Shown here: positions 52,992-63,710 of the stretch, piece by piece
How the letters are laid out: every line of letters starts with the position of its first letter
Numbering within the stretch: the first letter of the stretch is position 1
Assembly: GCA_963774265.1 (NCBI GenBank)
Contig: CAVZDU010000010.1
Location: forward strand, 1 to 64,000
DNA length: 64,000 nucleotides
Direction of reading: 5' to 3'
DNA from: an uncultured Chloroflexia bacterium
Lineage (GTDB): Bacteria > Chloroflexota > Anaerolineae > CG2-30-64-16
Translations under genes and position numbers: made by a program
Notes under the pieces: model-generated
What the model was told of the DNA's origin: nothing
Seen by the model: only the letters and a program-made list of their open reading frames with translations
Databases searched by the model: none

Positions 52992-53980
52992 TGGATTGGA
53001 GCCTTGTCCTCAACTGGACCTTTGTGATTGCGCTCTTCACCGCTGCCATTCGCCTGGCTGTGCCGGTGCTGCTCGCCACACTCGGTGAAATCGTGACCGA
53101 GCGTTCGGGCGTCATGAACCTGGGACTGGACGGAGTGATGGTTGTGGGCGGTGTCTCTGGCTTCCTGGTTGCCTACTTCCTGCAAAGCGGCCCCTTGGCG
53201 GGGCTCAGCCAATGGCTGGGTCTCCTCGCAGGGGCGGCAGCAGGTATGCTCATGGGGGTCATCGTCGCGGTTTTCGCGGTGACCCTACGCGCGGACCAGG
53301 TGATCACCGGTGTGACGCTGGTCGTGTTCGGCCATGGGCTCGCCAACTACATCTACCGCCAGCAGTTCAGTTCGCTGACCGCGCGCACGAACGGCCTGCC
53401 GCCCTATGAGGTGCCCCTGCTCAGCCGGATCCCGGTCGTGGGCGATATCCTCTTCAAGCACGATGCGACCGTGTACATCACGGCGTTGCTGGTGGTCGTG
53501 GTTTGGTTCTTCCTGTCGCGCACAACCTGGGGCCTGAAGATCCGTTCGGTCGGTGAGAATCCTGCCGCGGGTGAAACATCGGGCCTCAAAGTTGGCGCGG
53601 TGCGCTATGCCGCGGCGCTAATCGGCACAGCGCTGGCCGGCTTCGGTGGTGCGGTGCTCACCGTGGTGCAATTGCGCATGTTTCGCGAGGGCATCATGGG
53701 CGGCCGTGGCTGGATCGCCGTCGCGCTGGTAATCTTTGCGCGCTGGAAGCCCGGTCTGGCACTCGTGGGCGCGCTGCTGTTCGGCCTGGCCGACGCGGTT
53801 CAGTATCGTATTCAGGCGCTCAGCCAGGTCGGGCGCGGGGCAGGGACCATTCCCTACGAGTTCTTGCTCATGCTACCATATGTCCTGACCATCCTGGCGC
53901 TCCTGGCTCGCAGCAATCGCCGGGGACAGACGCAGGCGCCGGAGGTGTTGGGCCGACCGTACGTCAAGGGTGAGCTCTAA
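52991..53980 (+). CDS. ABC permease (NupC/YufQ-like)
   Basis: GE...ERSGV.NLG.DG.M, GL.IR.VGENP, GRGWIA.ALV.F and MLPY. Confidence 0.92.
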   Translation: MDWSLVLNWTFVIALFTAAIRLAVPVLLATLGEIVTERSGVMNLGLDGVMVVGGVSGFLVAYFLQSGPLAGLSQWLGLLAGAAAGMLMGVIVAVFAVTLRADQVITGVTLVVFGHGLANYIYRQQFSSLTARTNGLPPYEVPLLSRIPVVGDILFKHDATVYITALLVVVVWFFLSRTTWGLKIRSVGENPAAGETSGLKVGAVRYAAALIGTALAGFGGAVLTVVQLRMFREGIMGGRGWIAVALVIFARWKPGLALVGALLFGLADAVQYRIQALSQVGRGAGTIPYEFLLMLPYVLTILALLARSNRRGQTQAPEVLGRPYVKGEL

Positions 53981-54015
53981 TTCAACGCCGAATTGCAGCA
54001 ATGGAGTAAGCAAAA

Positions 54016-54828
54016 GTGACTAGAATCAATGAATACCACCAGCCACCGAACCTCGTAGAGGCCCTGGCTTTGCTGGGTCGGAGCCATCCCATCACACGCC
54101 CCCTGGGCGGCGGCACGCACTATCGCCGGGGTTGCGGCTGGCCAGAGGCCGTTGTCGATTTGTCGGCCCTGAAACTCGACGGCGTCACACAAGGGGAAAA
54201 CGCATGGGCGATCGGGGCGACCGCGACGCTCGAACGGCTTGCGGCTGCCGAAGAGCTTCCCGCCGCGCTGCGCCGGGCTGCGCTCCGGCAGGCGCCGCGC
54301 AACAGCCGCCAGCGCGCAACGGTCGGCGGCGCGATTGCCACGAGGGACTCTGGCACGCTGCTCGTCTGTCTGCTTGCGCTCGATGCCCGGCTCATGGTGG
54401 AGCCCGCCAGCCGGCTCATTCCGCTTCAGTCATATCTGCAAGAGCCTGAGGAGAGCGGTCACCTGATCACCGCCTGTTTTCTTCCCAACGGACGCACGTG
54501 TGCATTCGAGGAGATCAGCCGGACGCCTTCAGACGCGCCGATCCTCGCCGTTGCGGTTGGGGCGGAAGTCGGAGCGACCGATTTGCGCGGCGTTCTAGCT
54601 GCCGCTGGCGGCGCGGACCAACCGGCTGCCGTAGTGCCCGGCGCCGTGCAATTTCTTCAAGCGGACGTTGACCACGAGATCGCTGCGTTGGCGGCGGCCA
54701 TGACTCAAGCGCCGTGGCGCGACGACGGGCGAGGCACTGCGGCATACCGCACGGCCATGACGCCTATCCTGTTGAGGCGTGCCATGGAGTCGCTTCTGGC
54801 CTCGCAGGAGGTGTCCCATGCAGGTTAA
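54016..54828 (+). CDS. Molybdo-hydroxylase FAD-binding subunit (YgfM/XdhB-like)
   Basis: YHQP.NL.EAL, GGGT, R..ATVGG and DD.RG.A.YR. Confidence 0.8.
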   Translation: MTRINEYHQPPNLVEALALLGRSHPITRPLGGGTHYRRGCGWPEAVVDLSALKLDGVTQGENAWAIGATATLERLAAAEELPAALRRAALRQAPRNSRQRATVGGAIATRDSGTLLVCLLALDARLMVEPASRLIPLQSYLQEPEESGHLITACFLPNGRTCAFEEISRTPSDAPILAVAVGAEVGATDLRGVLAAAGGADQPAAVVPGAVQFLQADVDHEIAALAAAMTQAPWRDDGRGTAAYRTAMTPILLRRAMESLLASQEVSHAG

Positions 54829-57800
54829 TGTTCATGTCAACGGCCAGCCGCTGGTGTTGGCCGGCGAACCCGGCATCACTCTGCTGGACGCACTGCGTGG
54901 AGCCGGTTTCTTCAGCGTCAAGCGCGGCTGCGACCATGGTGAGTGTGGCGCATGTGCGATATTGCTCGATGGCAAGCAGGTGAATTCGTGCCACGTATTG
55001 CTGGCCCAGGTCGATGGCTGCTGCATCCAGACCGCTGAGGGACTGGGTGAGGCCGCGGAGCAGGGATGGCGGCACACGGCCGGGCTACACCCGCTGCAAC
55101 AGGCATTTATCGAGTTGGGCGCGGTCCAGTGTGGCTACTGCACGCCGGCCCAATTGTTGGCAGCGCAGGCGTTGCTTGATCGTAAGGGCTATGGGGGAAC
55201 TGATCCGCAGCCGGTCAGCGAGGCCGAAGTGCGCGAGGCTCTGTCAGGTGTGCTCTGCCGCTGCACCGGCTACGCCAAACCGGTCGCGGCGGTGTTGAAG
55301 GCGGCCGCGCGTCTGCGCGGCGAAGAGCCACTGGCCGGCGGTGGCACGGCGCAGCCTAAGGATGCGGGCGGCATACCGGTTGCCCTCGATTTTGCAGGGG
55401 GCGAACCTCGCACCGAGGGCCTGCCCGGCCCTGAGCCGGCCCGGGGCGGCGTCATCACCCGGACGGAGGCGCCTCCCGTGCTGTTGGTTGCAGCCGTCAG
55501 CGAGGAGCTTCGCGTAGTCGGCAAGTCCGTCACAAAGGTCGACGCCGCCAAACTTAGCCAGGGCAAGCCGGCATTCACCGACGATCTCGAGATGCGCGGC
55601 ATGTTGATCGGCAAGATCATGCACAGCCCGGTGGCCCATGCGCGTATCAAGTCCATTGACGTCACGGCTGCACGTCAACTGCCTGGCGTAGCCGCTGTGC
55701 TAACGCATAAGGACTTGCCCCGCGTCGCCCACTCTACCGCCGGTCAAACGCATCCGCTGCCTTCTCCGCTGGATACGTTCTCGCTGGACGAGAAAGTGCG
55801 CTTCGTCGGCGACCGCGTGGCGCTCATTGCGGCCGAATCTGAAGAGATCGCTCTGGCCGCGATGGAGCTCATCCAGGTCGAGTACGAGGAGCTTCCCGCG
55901 ATCATCGACCCGCGCGATGCACTCAAGCCCGGCGCATCGATCATCCATGACGAGCCGGACTTTGTGGATTTCGCAGAATCGGATCGGACGCGCAATCTGG
56001 CTGCTCATATCTTCGTGGACATCGGGAACGTGGACCAGGGCTTTGCGGAGGCCGATCACATCTTCGAGGGCGAGTATTTCGTTCCAAAGGTGCAGCAGGC
56101 CTCCATCGAACCACACGTAGTCATCACCTATTGGGACGAGGACGACCGGTTGGTGGTCCGCACCTCCACGCAAGTGCCGTTCCATGCACGGCGCATCCTG
56201 GCGCCCATCCTGGGCCTGCCTGTCAAGCGCATCCGCGTCATCAAGCCTCGTGTCGGCGGTGGGTTCGGCGGCAAGCAGGAAGTGCTCATCGAAGACGCAG
56301 CCGCTCACTTGACCATCGCAACCGGCCGGCCCGTTCGCTTGGAGTATACGCGCGAGGAGGAATTCATCGCCGCGCGCTCTCGTCACCCGATGCGGGTGCG
56401 ACTCAAGACTGGTGTGACGGCGGATGGTGTGATCACGGCCAACGAGATGCACGTCCTTTCAGATACCGGCGCCTATGGGTCGCACGCAATGACGGTGGCC
56501 GGCAACACCGGACACAAGGCAATGGCTCTGTATGTCGGTGATGGCCCGTACCGGCAAAACCCCAATATCCGTTTCACGGCAGAGGTGGTTTATACGAATA
56601 CGGCGCCGTCCGGCGCATTTCGCGGTTACGGTGTGCCGCAGGGTTACTTCCCCTTGGACACACAGATGGAGCGCATTGCCCGGGCGCTCGAGATGGATCC
56701 GCTGGCGTTCCGCCTGAAGAACGCGGTGCGCGCGGGTGAGGCCCAGCCATTCTCCAAGGCATGGTCCGAAGGCCGTGAACCGGTGCCCGAGTATATCGAG
56801 ACGTGCGCCCTGGAAGAATGCGCGCATCGCGGGGCAGAGCTGATCGGGTGGCGCGAGAAGCGGGGAAACAGGAATTGGCACGCGGTGCCCGGCCGTCCCA
56901 ATTTGCGCCGCGGTGTCGGCGCCGCCTTGGCCATGCAGGGCACGGCCATCCCCTACATCGACATGGGCGGTGCGTCGCTCAAGATGAACGACGACGGCTC
57001 CTTCAACCTGCTTGCCGGCGCCACGGATATCGGCACCGGCTCAGATACGATATTGGCACAGATGGTCGCCGAGACGGTCGGTTGCAATGTCGAGGACATC
57101 GTCGTCTACTCATCGGACACTGACTTTACCCCCTTCGATGTTGGGGCGTATGCCTCGTCAACCACGTATGTCTCAGGCGCAGCCGCCACACGGGCCGCGC
57201 AACAAGTTGCCGAGCAGATTCGCGAAGTGGCAGCAGCATTGCTGGGAGGTGAAGTGACGCCCGCTGAGATCCGGTTGGCCGACCGCCGCGCCTGGGCGCC
57301 GGATGGGCACAGCGTCACGCTGGAAGACGTCGCTTTGCAGTCGCTGCACAAGGCCAATCAGCGCCAGATCATGGCCGTCGCCTCGTTCAATTCGCCCGTG
57401 TCTCCGCCGCCTTTCGCGGCCCAGTTTGCCGAGGTGACGGTCGACATCGAGACCGGCGAAGTTCGTGTGCAGAAGTTCGTCACCGTTATGGACTCCGGCG
57501 TAATCGTCAACCCGGTGGCCGCGACCGGCCAGGTGGAGGGCGCGGTGTCTCAGTCGCTCGGCTATGCCTTGTGCGAGGAGATGCCCTATGATAGTGCGGG
57601 CCGGCCTCTCATGCATGATCTGCGGGACTATCACATCTTCACCGCGGATGAGATGCCTGAACTCGTCACTGAGTTCGTGCCGACCGTCGAGCCCACGCAT
57701 CCATATGGTGTGAAAGCGGTGGGTGAAGTGCCCATGGATGGCGTGGGTCCGGCAATCGCTAACGCCATCTACGACGCAGTTGGCGCCTGGATCAACGAGT

Positions 57801-57850
57801 TGCCGGCCACGCCTGAGCGCGTGTGGCGCGCCATGCACGCAAGTTTTTGA
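54818..57850 (+). CDS. Xanthine-dehydrogenase-family molybdoenzyme with a fused 2x[2Fe-2S] domain (XdhD-like)
   Basis: GC..GECGAC, QCGYC and CRCTGY. Mo-domain motifs GGGFGGK, AFRGYG, DIGTGS and GVKAVGE. Confidence 0.92.
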   Translation: MQVNVHVNGQPLVLAGEPGITLLDALRGAGFFSVKRGCDHGECGACAILLDGKQVNSCHVLLAQVDGCCIQTAEGLGEAAEQGWRHTAGLHPLQQAFIELGAVQCGYCTPAQLLAAQALLDRKGYGGTDPQPVSEAEVREALSGVLCRCTGYAKPVAAVLKAAARLRGEEPLAGGGTAQPKDAGGIPVALDFAGGEPRTEGLPGPEPARGGVITRTEAPPVLLVAAVSEELRVVGKSVTKVDAAKLSQGKPAFTDDLEMRGMLIGKIMHSPVAHARIKSIDVTAARQLPGVAAVLTHKDLPRVAHSTAGQTHPLPSPLDTFSLDEKVRFVGDRVALIAAESEEIALAAMELIQVEYEELPAIIDPRDALKPGASIIHDEPDFVDFAESDRTRNLAAHIFVDIGNVDQGFAEADHIFEGEYFVPKVQQASIEPHVVITYWDEDDRLVVRTSTQVPFHARRILAPILGLPVKRIRVIKPRVGGGFGGKQEVLIEDAAAHLTIATGRPVRLEYTREEEFIAARSRHPMRVRLKTGVTADGVITANEMHVLSDTGAYGSHAMTVAGNTGHKAMALYVGDGPYRQNPNIRFTAEVVYTNTAPSGAFRGYGVPQGYFPLDTQMERIARALEMDPLAFRLKNAVRAGEAQPFSKAWSEGREPVPEYIETCALEECAHRGAELIGWREKRGNRNWHAVPGRPNLRRGVGAALAMQGTAIPYIDMGGASLKMNDDGSFNLLAGATDIGTGSDTILAQMVAETVGCNVEDIVVYSSDTDFTPFDVGAYASSTTYVSGAAATRAAQQVAEQIREVAAALLGGEVTPAEIRLADRRAWAPDGHSVTLEDVALQSLHKANQRQIMAVASFNSPVSPPPFAAQFAEVTVDIETGEVRVQKFVTVMDSGVIVNPVAATGQVEGAVSQSLGYALCEEMPYDSAGRPLMHDLRDYHIFTADEMPELVTEFVPTVEPTHPYGVKAVGEVPMDGVGPAIANAIYDAVGAWINELPATPERVWRAMHASF

Positions 57851-57856
57851 CATAAG

Positions 57857-57887
57857 GACCTTCGAGGTCTCCGAGACCTCGAAGGTC
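57857..57887. repeat. Perfect 15-bp-arm palindrome whose arms are themselves near-palindromes (REP-like)
   Basis: gaccttcgaggtctc-c-gagacctcgaaggtc. Confidence 0.75.
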
Positions 57888-57908
57888 TTCTCACAGGGGA
57901 CAGGTAGC

Positions 57909-59705
57909 GTGTATCGAATCGACATGGAGCCAATCGGCCGGCGCAGCGAGGTGATGCCCGGTCAAACGCTGTTGGATGCCGCCAGGCAGGGCGGCGTTGA
58001 TCTGACCGCGCTTTGCGGTGGCGAGGGCTGGTGCCACGGCTGCGAGGTGCGGGTCATTGAAGGCCAGCTATCTCCCGTGACGGCGTCTGAACAAGCGGCT
58101 CTGGGCGCGGAGCAACTCGCCCAGGGTTTTCGACTGGCGTGTCAGGCGGAACCGCTCGGCCATGTGAAGATCGACATCCCGCCTGAATCGTTGGCCACGC
58201 AGCAGCGGCTCCAGATCGAAGGGCAGGAGGCCGAGACCGCGGTCGATCCGGTGGTCCGGCAAGTTGATGTAACGGTTTCTGCTGCTACATTGCACGATCT
58301 GCGCGCCGACACGGTTCGCCTCCGGGAGGCACTGGATGAGGACGTTCGGTTTGCGTTGCCCGTGCTCCAGACTCTTTCACCCAAGCTGCGAGAGCAAGAC
58401 TGGACGGCTCGCTTGGCTGTGCGGGATGGCGAGGTCGTCGCTCTCGCACCGGCCGGTGTGCGGCTGCTCGGGTTGGCCGTCGACGTTGGCACGACAAAGC
58501 TGGCGGCATACCTGGTGGATCTGGAGACCGGCCGCACAGTCGCGAAAGGCGGCGCGCCGAACCCGCAAATCGCCTACGGCGAGGATGTCGTCAGCCGCAT
58601 CAGCTACACGATGACACACACCCACGGCGCAGAGACGCTACAGAGCCGTCTGATCGAGACGCTCAACGAGCTTGCCGAAAGCCTGTGCAGCCAGGCCGGG
58701 CGCACGACTCAGCACATCGTAGATGCCGTCATCGTGGGCAACACTGCGATGCAACATCTTTTTGCGCGGCTGCCTGCCAGCCAGCTTGCGTTGGCGCCGT
58801 ACGTGGCCGCGGCCAGTGAGGCGCTTTCCTTGCGAGCTTCGGAGCTCGGTCTGCATTTTGCCCCGGCGGCGTACGTCTACCTCCCTCCGAACATCGCAGG
58901 TTATGTTGGCGGTGATCACGTTGCCATGGCGTTGGGCACCCACGCGTGGGAGACTGTAAAGACCATCGCGGCGCTGGATATTGGCACCAACACCGAAGTC
59001 ACGGTGACGCGCGGCGGTCGCTCGTGGTGCTGTTCGTGTGCGTCGGGTCCTGCCTTTGAAGGGGCGCACATCCGTGATGGCATGCGCGCCGCGCCTGGCG
59101 CTATCGAAAAGGTGCGGTTTGCTGACGGCAAGGTGCACCTCAAGACCATCGATGGGCAGCCCCCGGTGGGCATCTGCGGTTCTGGCATCATGGATATCGT
59201 GAGTGAGCTCGTGCGGACAGGCACGATCGATCGCAAGGGCGCATTCCAGGCTGACGCACCGGGCGTAAGCCATGATGGCGCGCTGCTCGGCTTCAACCTT
59301 GCTCCTGCGGAGGCAACGGGACATGGCCGGGCGATCAGGGTGGACCGGAAGGACATCAACGAAATCCAGTTGGCGAAAGCCGCCATCCGCACCGGCGTAG
59401 AAATCCTGTTATCCGAGGCGGGGGCAACACACGACGACATCGACGCGTTCATTGTGGCTGGCGCGTTTGGCACCTATCTGGATCTGGACAGCAGCATCCG
59501 GGTGGGAATGTTCCCGCCGTTGCCGCTGCACAAATTCTCTCAGGTGGGCAATGCTGCCGGCACGGGCGCGCGCCAATTGCTCGTCTCGCGTGCGCGGCGG
59601 GCTGACGCAAGTCGGCTCGCGTCCCGCGTCACTTACGTGGAACTGACGATCCACCCGGATTTTTCAAAGCGCTACATGTCGGCGCTCTACTTCGCAAGGT
59701 CGTGA
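57909..59705 (+). CDS. Reductive activator of corrinoid proteins (RACo/RamA-type ASKHA ATPase with an N-terminal [2Fe-2S] domain)
   Basis: CGGEGWCHGC...RLACQ ferredoxin, DVGTT, G.DV.SRI, DIGTN.E, AS.GPAFEG, GICGSG, QLAKAAI and AGAFG. GTG start inferred. Confidence 0.9.
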   Translation: MYRIDMEPIGRRSEVMPGQTLLDAARQGGVDLTALCGGEGWCHGCEVRVIEGQLSPVTASEQAALGAEQLAQGFRLACQAEPLGHVKIDIPPESLATQQRLQIEGQEAETAVDPVVRQVDVTVSAATLHDLRADTVRLREALDEDVRFALPVLQTLSPKLREQDWTARLAVRDGEVVALAPAGVRLLGLAVDVGTTKLAAYLVDLETGRTVAKGGAPNPQIAYGEDVVSRISYTMTHTHGAETLQSRLIETLNELAESLCSQAGRTTQHIVDAVIVGNTAMQHLFARLPASQLALAPYVAAASEALSLRASELGLHFAPAAYVYLPPNIAGYVGGDHVAMALGTHAWETVKTIAALDIGTNTEVTVTRGGRSWCCSCASGPAFEGAHIRDGMRAAPGAIEKVRFADGKVHLKTIDGQPPVGICGSGIMDIVSELVRTGTIDRKGAFQADAPGVSHDGALLGFNLAPAEATGHGRAIRVDRKDINEIQLAKAAIRTGVEILLSEAGATHDDIDAFIVAGAFGTYLDLDSSIRVGMFPPLPLHKFSQVGNAAGTGARQLLVSRARRADASRLASRVTYVELTIHPDFSKRYMSALYFARS

Positions 59706-59707
59706 GA

Positions 59708-61276
59708 ATGCCAGAGCTGATTCAGGCTGAAGTCCTCATTCTGGGTGCGGGGGTGGCAGGCGCGACGACAGCCCTGCGACTGGCCGACCACGGAGTTCGC
59801 GTAGTTGTCGCGACGCGGACGGAGGCCCCAGAGGAAAGCAACACGTACTACGCCCAGGGGGGCATCATCTATAAAGGCGTCGAGGATAGTCCGGCTCTGC
59901 TCGCGGAGGATATCCTGCGCGCCGGTGCTGGACACAGCTATCCGCCGGCAGCCAACCAGTTGTCAGAGGAAGGGCCTGCCGCGGTTGAGGAGGTCCTCCT
60001 CAACCGCGCCGGCGTGCAGTTCGACCGGACCGCAGATGGCGCGCTGTCGCTGGCGCGTGAGGGCGGGCACACTTTGCCCCGTATTCTCCACGTGGCCGAC
60101 CACACCGGGAAGGCGATCGAGATCGCCCTGGTGAGGGCGTTGTTGGACCATCCGAACATCGCTTTGCTGACGCAGCATACTGCGGTCGACCTGCTGACCC
60201 CCGCGCATCATGCCCAGAATCGCCTATGCGTATATGAACCCTTGTCATGCGTGGGTGCTTACCTTTTTGATCAGGTTTCCGGGGAGGTCAAGCGGGTCTT
60301 GGCGGCTAGGACCGTGCTCGCAACCGGCGGGTTGGGGCAGATCTTCCTTCGCACCTCCAACCCGGTGGGCGCGCGAGGTGACGGCGTGGCCATGGCGTGG
60401 AATGCAGGCGCGCGCCTTATCAATATGGAGTTCATTCAGTTCCACCCGACCACGTTCCATCAGGAGGGCGCGCCTAACTTCCTGATCTCTGAGGCGGTGC
60501 GCGGTGCCGGCGCGCGGCTGGTCAACGCAGCAGGCGAGCCATTTATGCAACGCTACGCCCCGGAGTGGAAGGACCTGGCGCCACGCGACATCGTCGCGCG
60601 CAGTATCCACCGCGAGATGTTTTCCAAGGGGCTCACGCACGTCTACCTGGACCTGCGCTCGTATATTCCGCAGGCGGAGATTGAATCTCACTTCCCGACC
60701 ATTGCCGAGAGTTGCATGCAGTACGGTGTGGACATCAAGCGCGATCTGGTCCCCGTAGTACCCGCGGCTCACTACTCGTGCGGCGGCGTGTGGACGGACG
60801 GATGGGGGCGCACGACACTGGAAAATCTGTACGCGGTGGGTGAGGTTTCGTGTACCGGCCTTCATGGCGCCAACCGGCTCGCGAGCACTTCGCTTCTGGA
60901 GGGGTTGGTCTGGGGTAGACGGGCGGCGGAAGACATCTTGCGCGTGTTGCCGGGAGGGTCGCTGCACCCTGTCGCCGACATTCCATCATGGCAGGATGCC
61001 GGGCTGGAAGTTCCAGATCCTGCACTCATCCATCAGGACATGAGCGCGATCAGGCACATCATGTGGAACTACGTAGGGCTGATCCGCACGACTGCTCGGC
61101 TGAATCGCGCGCTCAGCGAGTTACGCCACCTGGAGGGCGAGATCCTGCATTTCTACCGGCGCAGTAAACTGACCGACGAGCTCATCGGCCTGCGTCATGC
61201 TGTCCACACCGCGCTGATCGTCGCACAGGCGGCCTGGGAGAACAAGCAAAGCATGGGCGCGCACTATCGGGAGTGA
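59708..61276 (+). CDS. nadB: L-aspartate oxidase
   Basis: GAGVAG, SNT.YAQGGI, EGGH..PRILH, EFIQFHPT, LISEAVRG, LAPRDIVAR, PAAHY.CGG and GLHGANRLASTSLLE. Confidence 0.95.
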   Translation: MPELIQAEVLILGAGVAGATTALRLADHGVRVVVATRTEAPEESNTYYAQGGIIYKGVEDSPALLAEDILRAGAGHSYPPAANQLSEEGPAAVEEVLLNRAGVQFDRTADGALSLAREGGHTLPRILHVADHTGKAIEIALVRALLDHPNIALLTQHTAVDLLTPAHHAQNRLCVYEPLSCVGAYLFDQVSGEVKRVLAARTVLATGGLGQIFLRTSNPVGARGDGVAMAWNAGARLINMEFIQFHPTTFHQEGAPNFLISEAVRGAGARLVNAAGEPFMQRYAPEWKDLAPRDIVARSIHREMFSKGLTHVYLDLRSYIPQAEIESHFPTIAESCMQYGVDIKRDLVPVVPAAHYSCGGVWTDGWGRTTLENLYAVGEVSCTGLHGANRLASTSLLEGLVWGRRAAEDILRVLPGGSLHPVADIPSWQDAGLEVPDPALIHQDMSAIRHIMWNYVGLIRTTARLNRALSELRHLEGEILHFYRRSKLTDELIGLRHAVHTALIVAQAAWENKQSMGAHYRE

Positions 61277-61282
61277 ACCGCG

Positions 61283-62281
61283 CTATTCCCGAATGATGCG
61301 AAGCGTTTCGTCCAGCCCTGCACACCAGAACTGACAGAGAGCCGACGTGCCGCTTTCCAGGATATTACCGCCGGCAATCCCTGCTGCGGGGAAGCCGGCG
61401 ATCCGTATAGCGCAGACACCAGCGCCCGAATCCTCGATGCCCAGTACGTGCTCGCGCTCGTCAAACGGGACGCCCAGACCGATGCGTGCGGCCTCTGCGT
61501 ATAGCCACGGATGCGGCTTGGGCGAAAGCTCGCCCAGCGTTCCAACCTCATGCCTGCGCAAGGGGAAGCCCGCCGTGATGATCGCATCATAGAAGTCTTT
61601 GGGATCACCCATGCCGAGCGTGTGAAATGCCGCCGCTATCTCCGGATACGCCTTTTCGTATAGTCCTGATGTCACCAGGGCGATCTTTATCCCTCGCTCC
61701 TTCAATTCCATCAAAAAATCCCTCAGACCAGGCGCAGGCACGAATGCGTCCAACCGTCCGCGCCCAGCCATAATCTGCTGCATCTCCCGTTGCGTGTGCT
61801 GGAAGTAGTATCCGCGCGCTTCCTCGAGCGTGCCCGTGGGCCAGTACTTGGCGATGCAGTACTGCAAGTGCTCAGAGACGCTGTGGCCCGAGACGAAGGG
61901 CAGGTCGGCTTCCTCAAGCCTGAATGATGGATCACCCGCAAGACTGGCCGTTGTCTGCTCGATAATCCAAACCCAAAAGGGTTCGCTGTGGACGCTGGTG
62001 CCGTCGAGGTCCATCAACACGGCCTTGATTGGCCGACGCAACTGGACGGGATGGAGCGGGTAGTAGGCCGGATAGCCCAGGGCCGAAGTGACGTGGGCGA
62101 GGGTGTGATCGTCAAAAGCGACCAATTCAACTTTGCGATCGCCGGTCGCATGGATAGAGACAACCCCGTGAGCGCCTGTCCGAAAACGGCCATCCGACGT
62201 CGCCGGCAGAGCGATTAGTCCGGAGTTCGGTTTCACACGTCCCAGCGCCGGTATTTCAATCACGTTACGCGGGTTGTTCAT
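61283..62281 (-). CDS. HAD-superfamily phosphatase with an N-terminal extension
   Basis: DLDGT, LVTSG, KPHP.LY and GIEDSGAG. Confidence 0.85.
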   Translation of the reverse strand: MNNPRNVIEIPALGRVKPNSGLIALPATSDGRFRTGAHGVVSIHATGDRKVELVAFDDHTLAHVTSALGYPAYYPLHPVQLRRPIKAVLMDLDGTSVHSEPFWVWIIEQTTASLAGDPSFRLEEADLPFVSGHSVSEHLQYCIAKYWPTGTLEEARGYYFQHTQREMQQIMAGRGRLDAFVPAPGLRDFLMELKERGIKIALVTSGLYEKAYPEIAAAFHTLGMGDPKDFYDAIITAGFPLRRHEVGTLGELSPKPHPWLYAEAARIGLGVPFDEREHVLGIEDSGAGVCAIRIAGFPAAGIAGGNILESGTSALCQFWCAGLDETLRIIRE

Positions 62282-62291
62282 AGGTCGGGTC

Positions 62292-63626
62292 TCATGCCAT
62301 GTTTCTCAGCTTGGGGTACCGGAGCGCTACGAAAGCGCCGTAGGCCAGGGACATGAACGCGCCGATGGCGATGCTCAGGGCCGGTCCCAGCGCATCAGCC
62401 ACCAAGCCGGCCTGCAACCCACCCGCGCGCATAGAGACCTGGAACGTGAGCGTGTAAAGGCTCATCACCCGGCCGCGCAATTCGTTCGGCACGATTAGCT
62501 GGATCATAGTGTTCGCCAGCGAATTCTGCGCTACGAAACTCATACCAACTCCGATGAGCACCACGATCGAGAGTAGGAACGAGCGCGAAGCCGCAAACGC
62601 GAGGAGCAGCGCCGGAAAGAGCAGGTTGCCCAGCGTCAACAATGGTCCGCGTCGCCGGCTGTCCGGCAGTGAGGCTACCAGCAACGCGCCTGTGACCGCA
62701 CCAATCCCCACCGCGGTCAGCAGCATTCCCAGTGGCAGCGCCTCTGGCGCACGGCAGCGGAACGGTGCGCCTGGGTCGGTACAAAGGGCTGCTACAACAG
62801 GCGCAGCACTCTCCTTCAGCACTCGATCCGCCACGACAGGCATCAGGGTGTTATAGGGCATGGAGAGGAACGCGCTGACCGCAACCAGGCTGATGAGGAG
62901 CAGAATGGACTTGTTAGACATGACATAACGTACGCCTTCAATCATATGCCGGGTCACCGGCGCCGCCTTTGCAGCGTGCACGGTGGGCAGGTTTCGCATC
63001 ATCAGGAGGCTGATGATGACCGCCACAAAACTTAGCCCGTTGAGAAGGAATGCCGGTCCTTCGCCTACCGCAGCCACCAACGCGCCCGCCAGTGCAGGAC
63101 CCAATGCGCGTGCGCCGTTGAAAATGGCGGAGTTCAGGGCGATGGCATTGGTCAGGTCCGCCTTGCCGTCCACCATGTCAACGACAAAGGCCTGGCGTGC
63201 GGGGATGTCGATGGCCTGCGCCGCAGCCAGCAACAGCGCCATGAGGTAAACATGCCAAAGCTGCACTGCTCCCGTCCACGAGAGCAGCGCCAGGAGGAAG
63301 GCCTGGATCATCATAGCTGTCTGTGCGAGCAGAATCACCGTGCGACGCGGCATGCGGTCGGCAATCGAGCCGCCCCACAGGCCGAGCGGAATCACTGGGA
63401 TCAGCCCGATGGCAGTGACCACACCCAGCGCCACTGCAGAGCCGGTGAGCCGGTACACCAGCACTTGCTGGGCCATCGTTTGCATCCAGGTGCCAACGAG
63501 AGAAAGTCCCTGACCGACGAACCAGAGCCGGAAGTTGCGGTGGGCGAGCGCCCGGAACATGGGCGGTGACCGTCTGCCGGCAGGGTGCGGGGGTTGCGGC
63601 GCTGCATCGTGAGGTGGCAAAGTCAT
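62292..63626 (-). CDS. MFS transporter (DHA3/MFS_3-like)
   Basis: AL.HRNFRL...GQ..S..GTWMQ, G..ADR.PRR and LRGRVMS. Confidence 0.9.
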   Translation of the reverse strand: MTLPPHDAAPQPPHPAGRRSPPMFRALAHRNFRLWFVGQGLSLVGTWMQTMAQQVLVYRLTGSAVALGVVTAIGLIPVIPLGLWGGSIADRMPRRTVILLAQTAMMIQAFLLALLSWTGAVQLWHVYLMALLLAAAQAIDIPARQAFVVDMVDGKADLTNAIALNSAIFNGARALGPALAGALVAAVGEGPAFLLNGLSFVAVIISLLMMRNLPTVHAAKAAPVTRHMIEGVRYVMSNKSILLLISLVAVSAFLSMPYNTLMPVVADRVLKESAAPVVAALCTDPGAPFRCRAPEALPLGMLLTAVGIGAVTGALLVASLPDSRRRGPLLTLGNLLFPALLLAFAASRSFLLSIVVLIGVGMSFVAQNSLANTMIQLIVPNELRGRVMSLYTLTFQVSMRAGGLQAGLVADALGPALSIAIGAFMSLAYGAFVALRYPKLRNMA

Positions 63627-63710
63627 GTCCGCGATTATAGTCGAAAACACAAAATGGCGGAACATGTGCATCACGACACACTCGGTGGTATCATGCAGTT
63701 CCAATGATGA

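Noticed and set aside
57847-57852. TTGACA upstream of the RACo gene as a promoter
   Set aside because: No plausible -10 box at 16-18 nt spacing; that position falls inside the palindrome.
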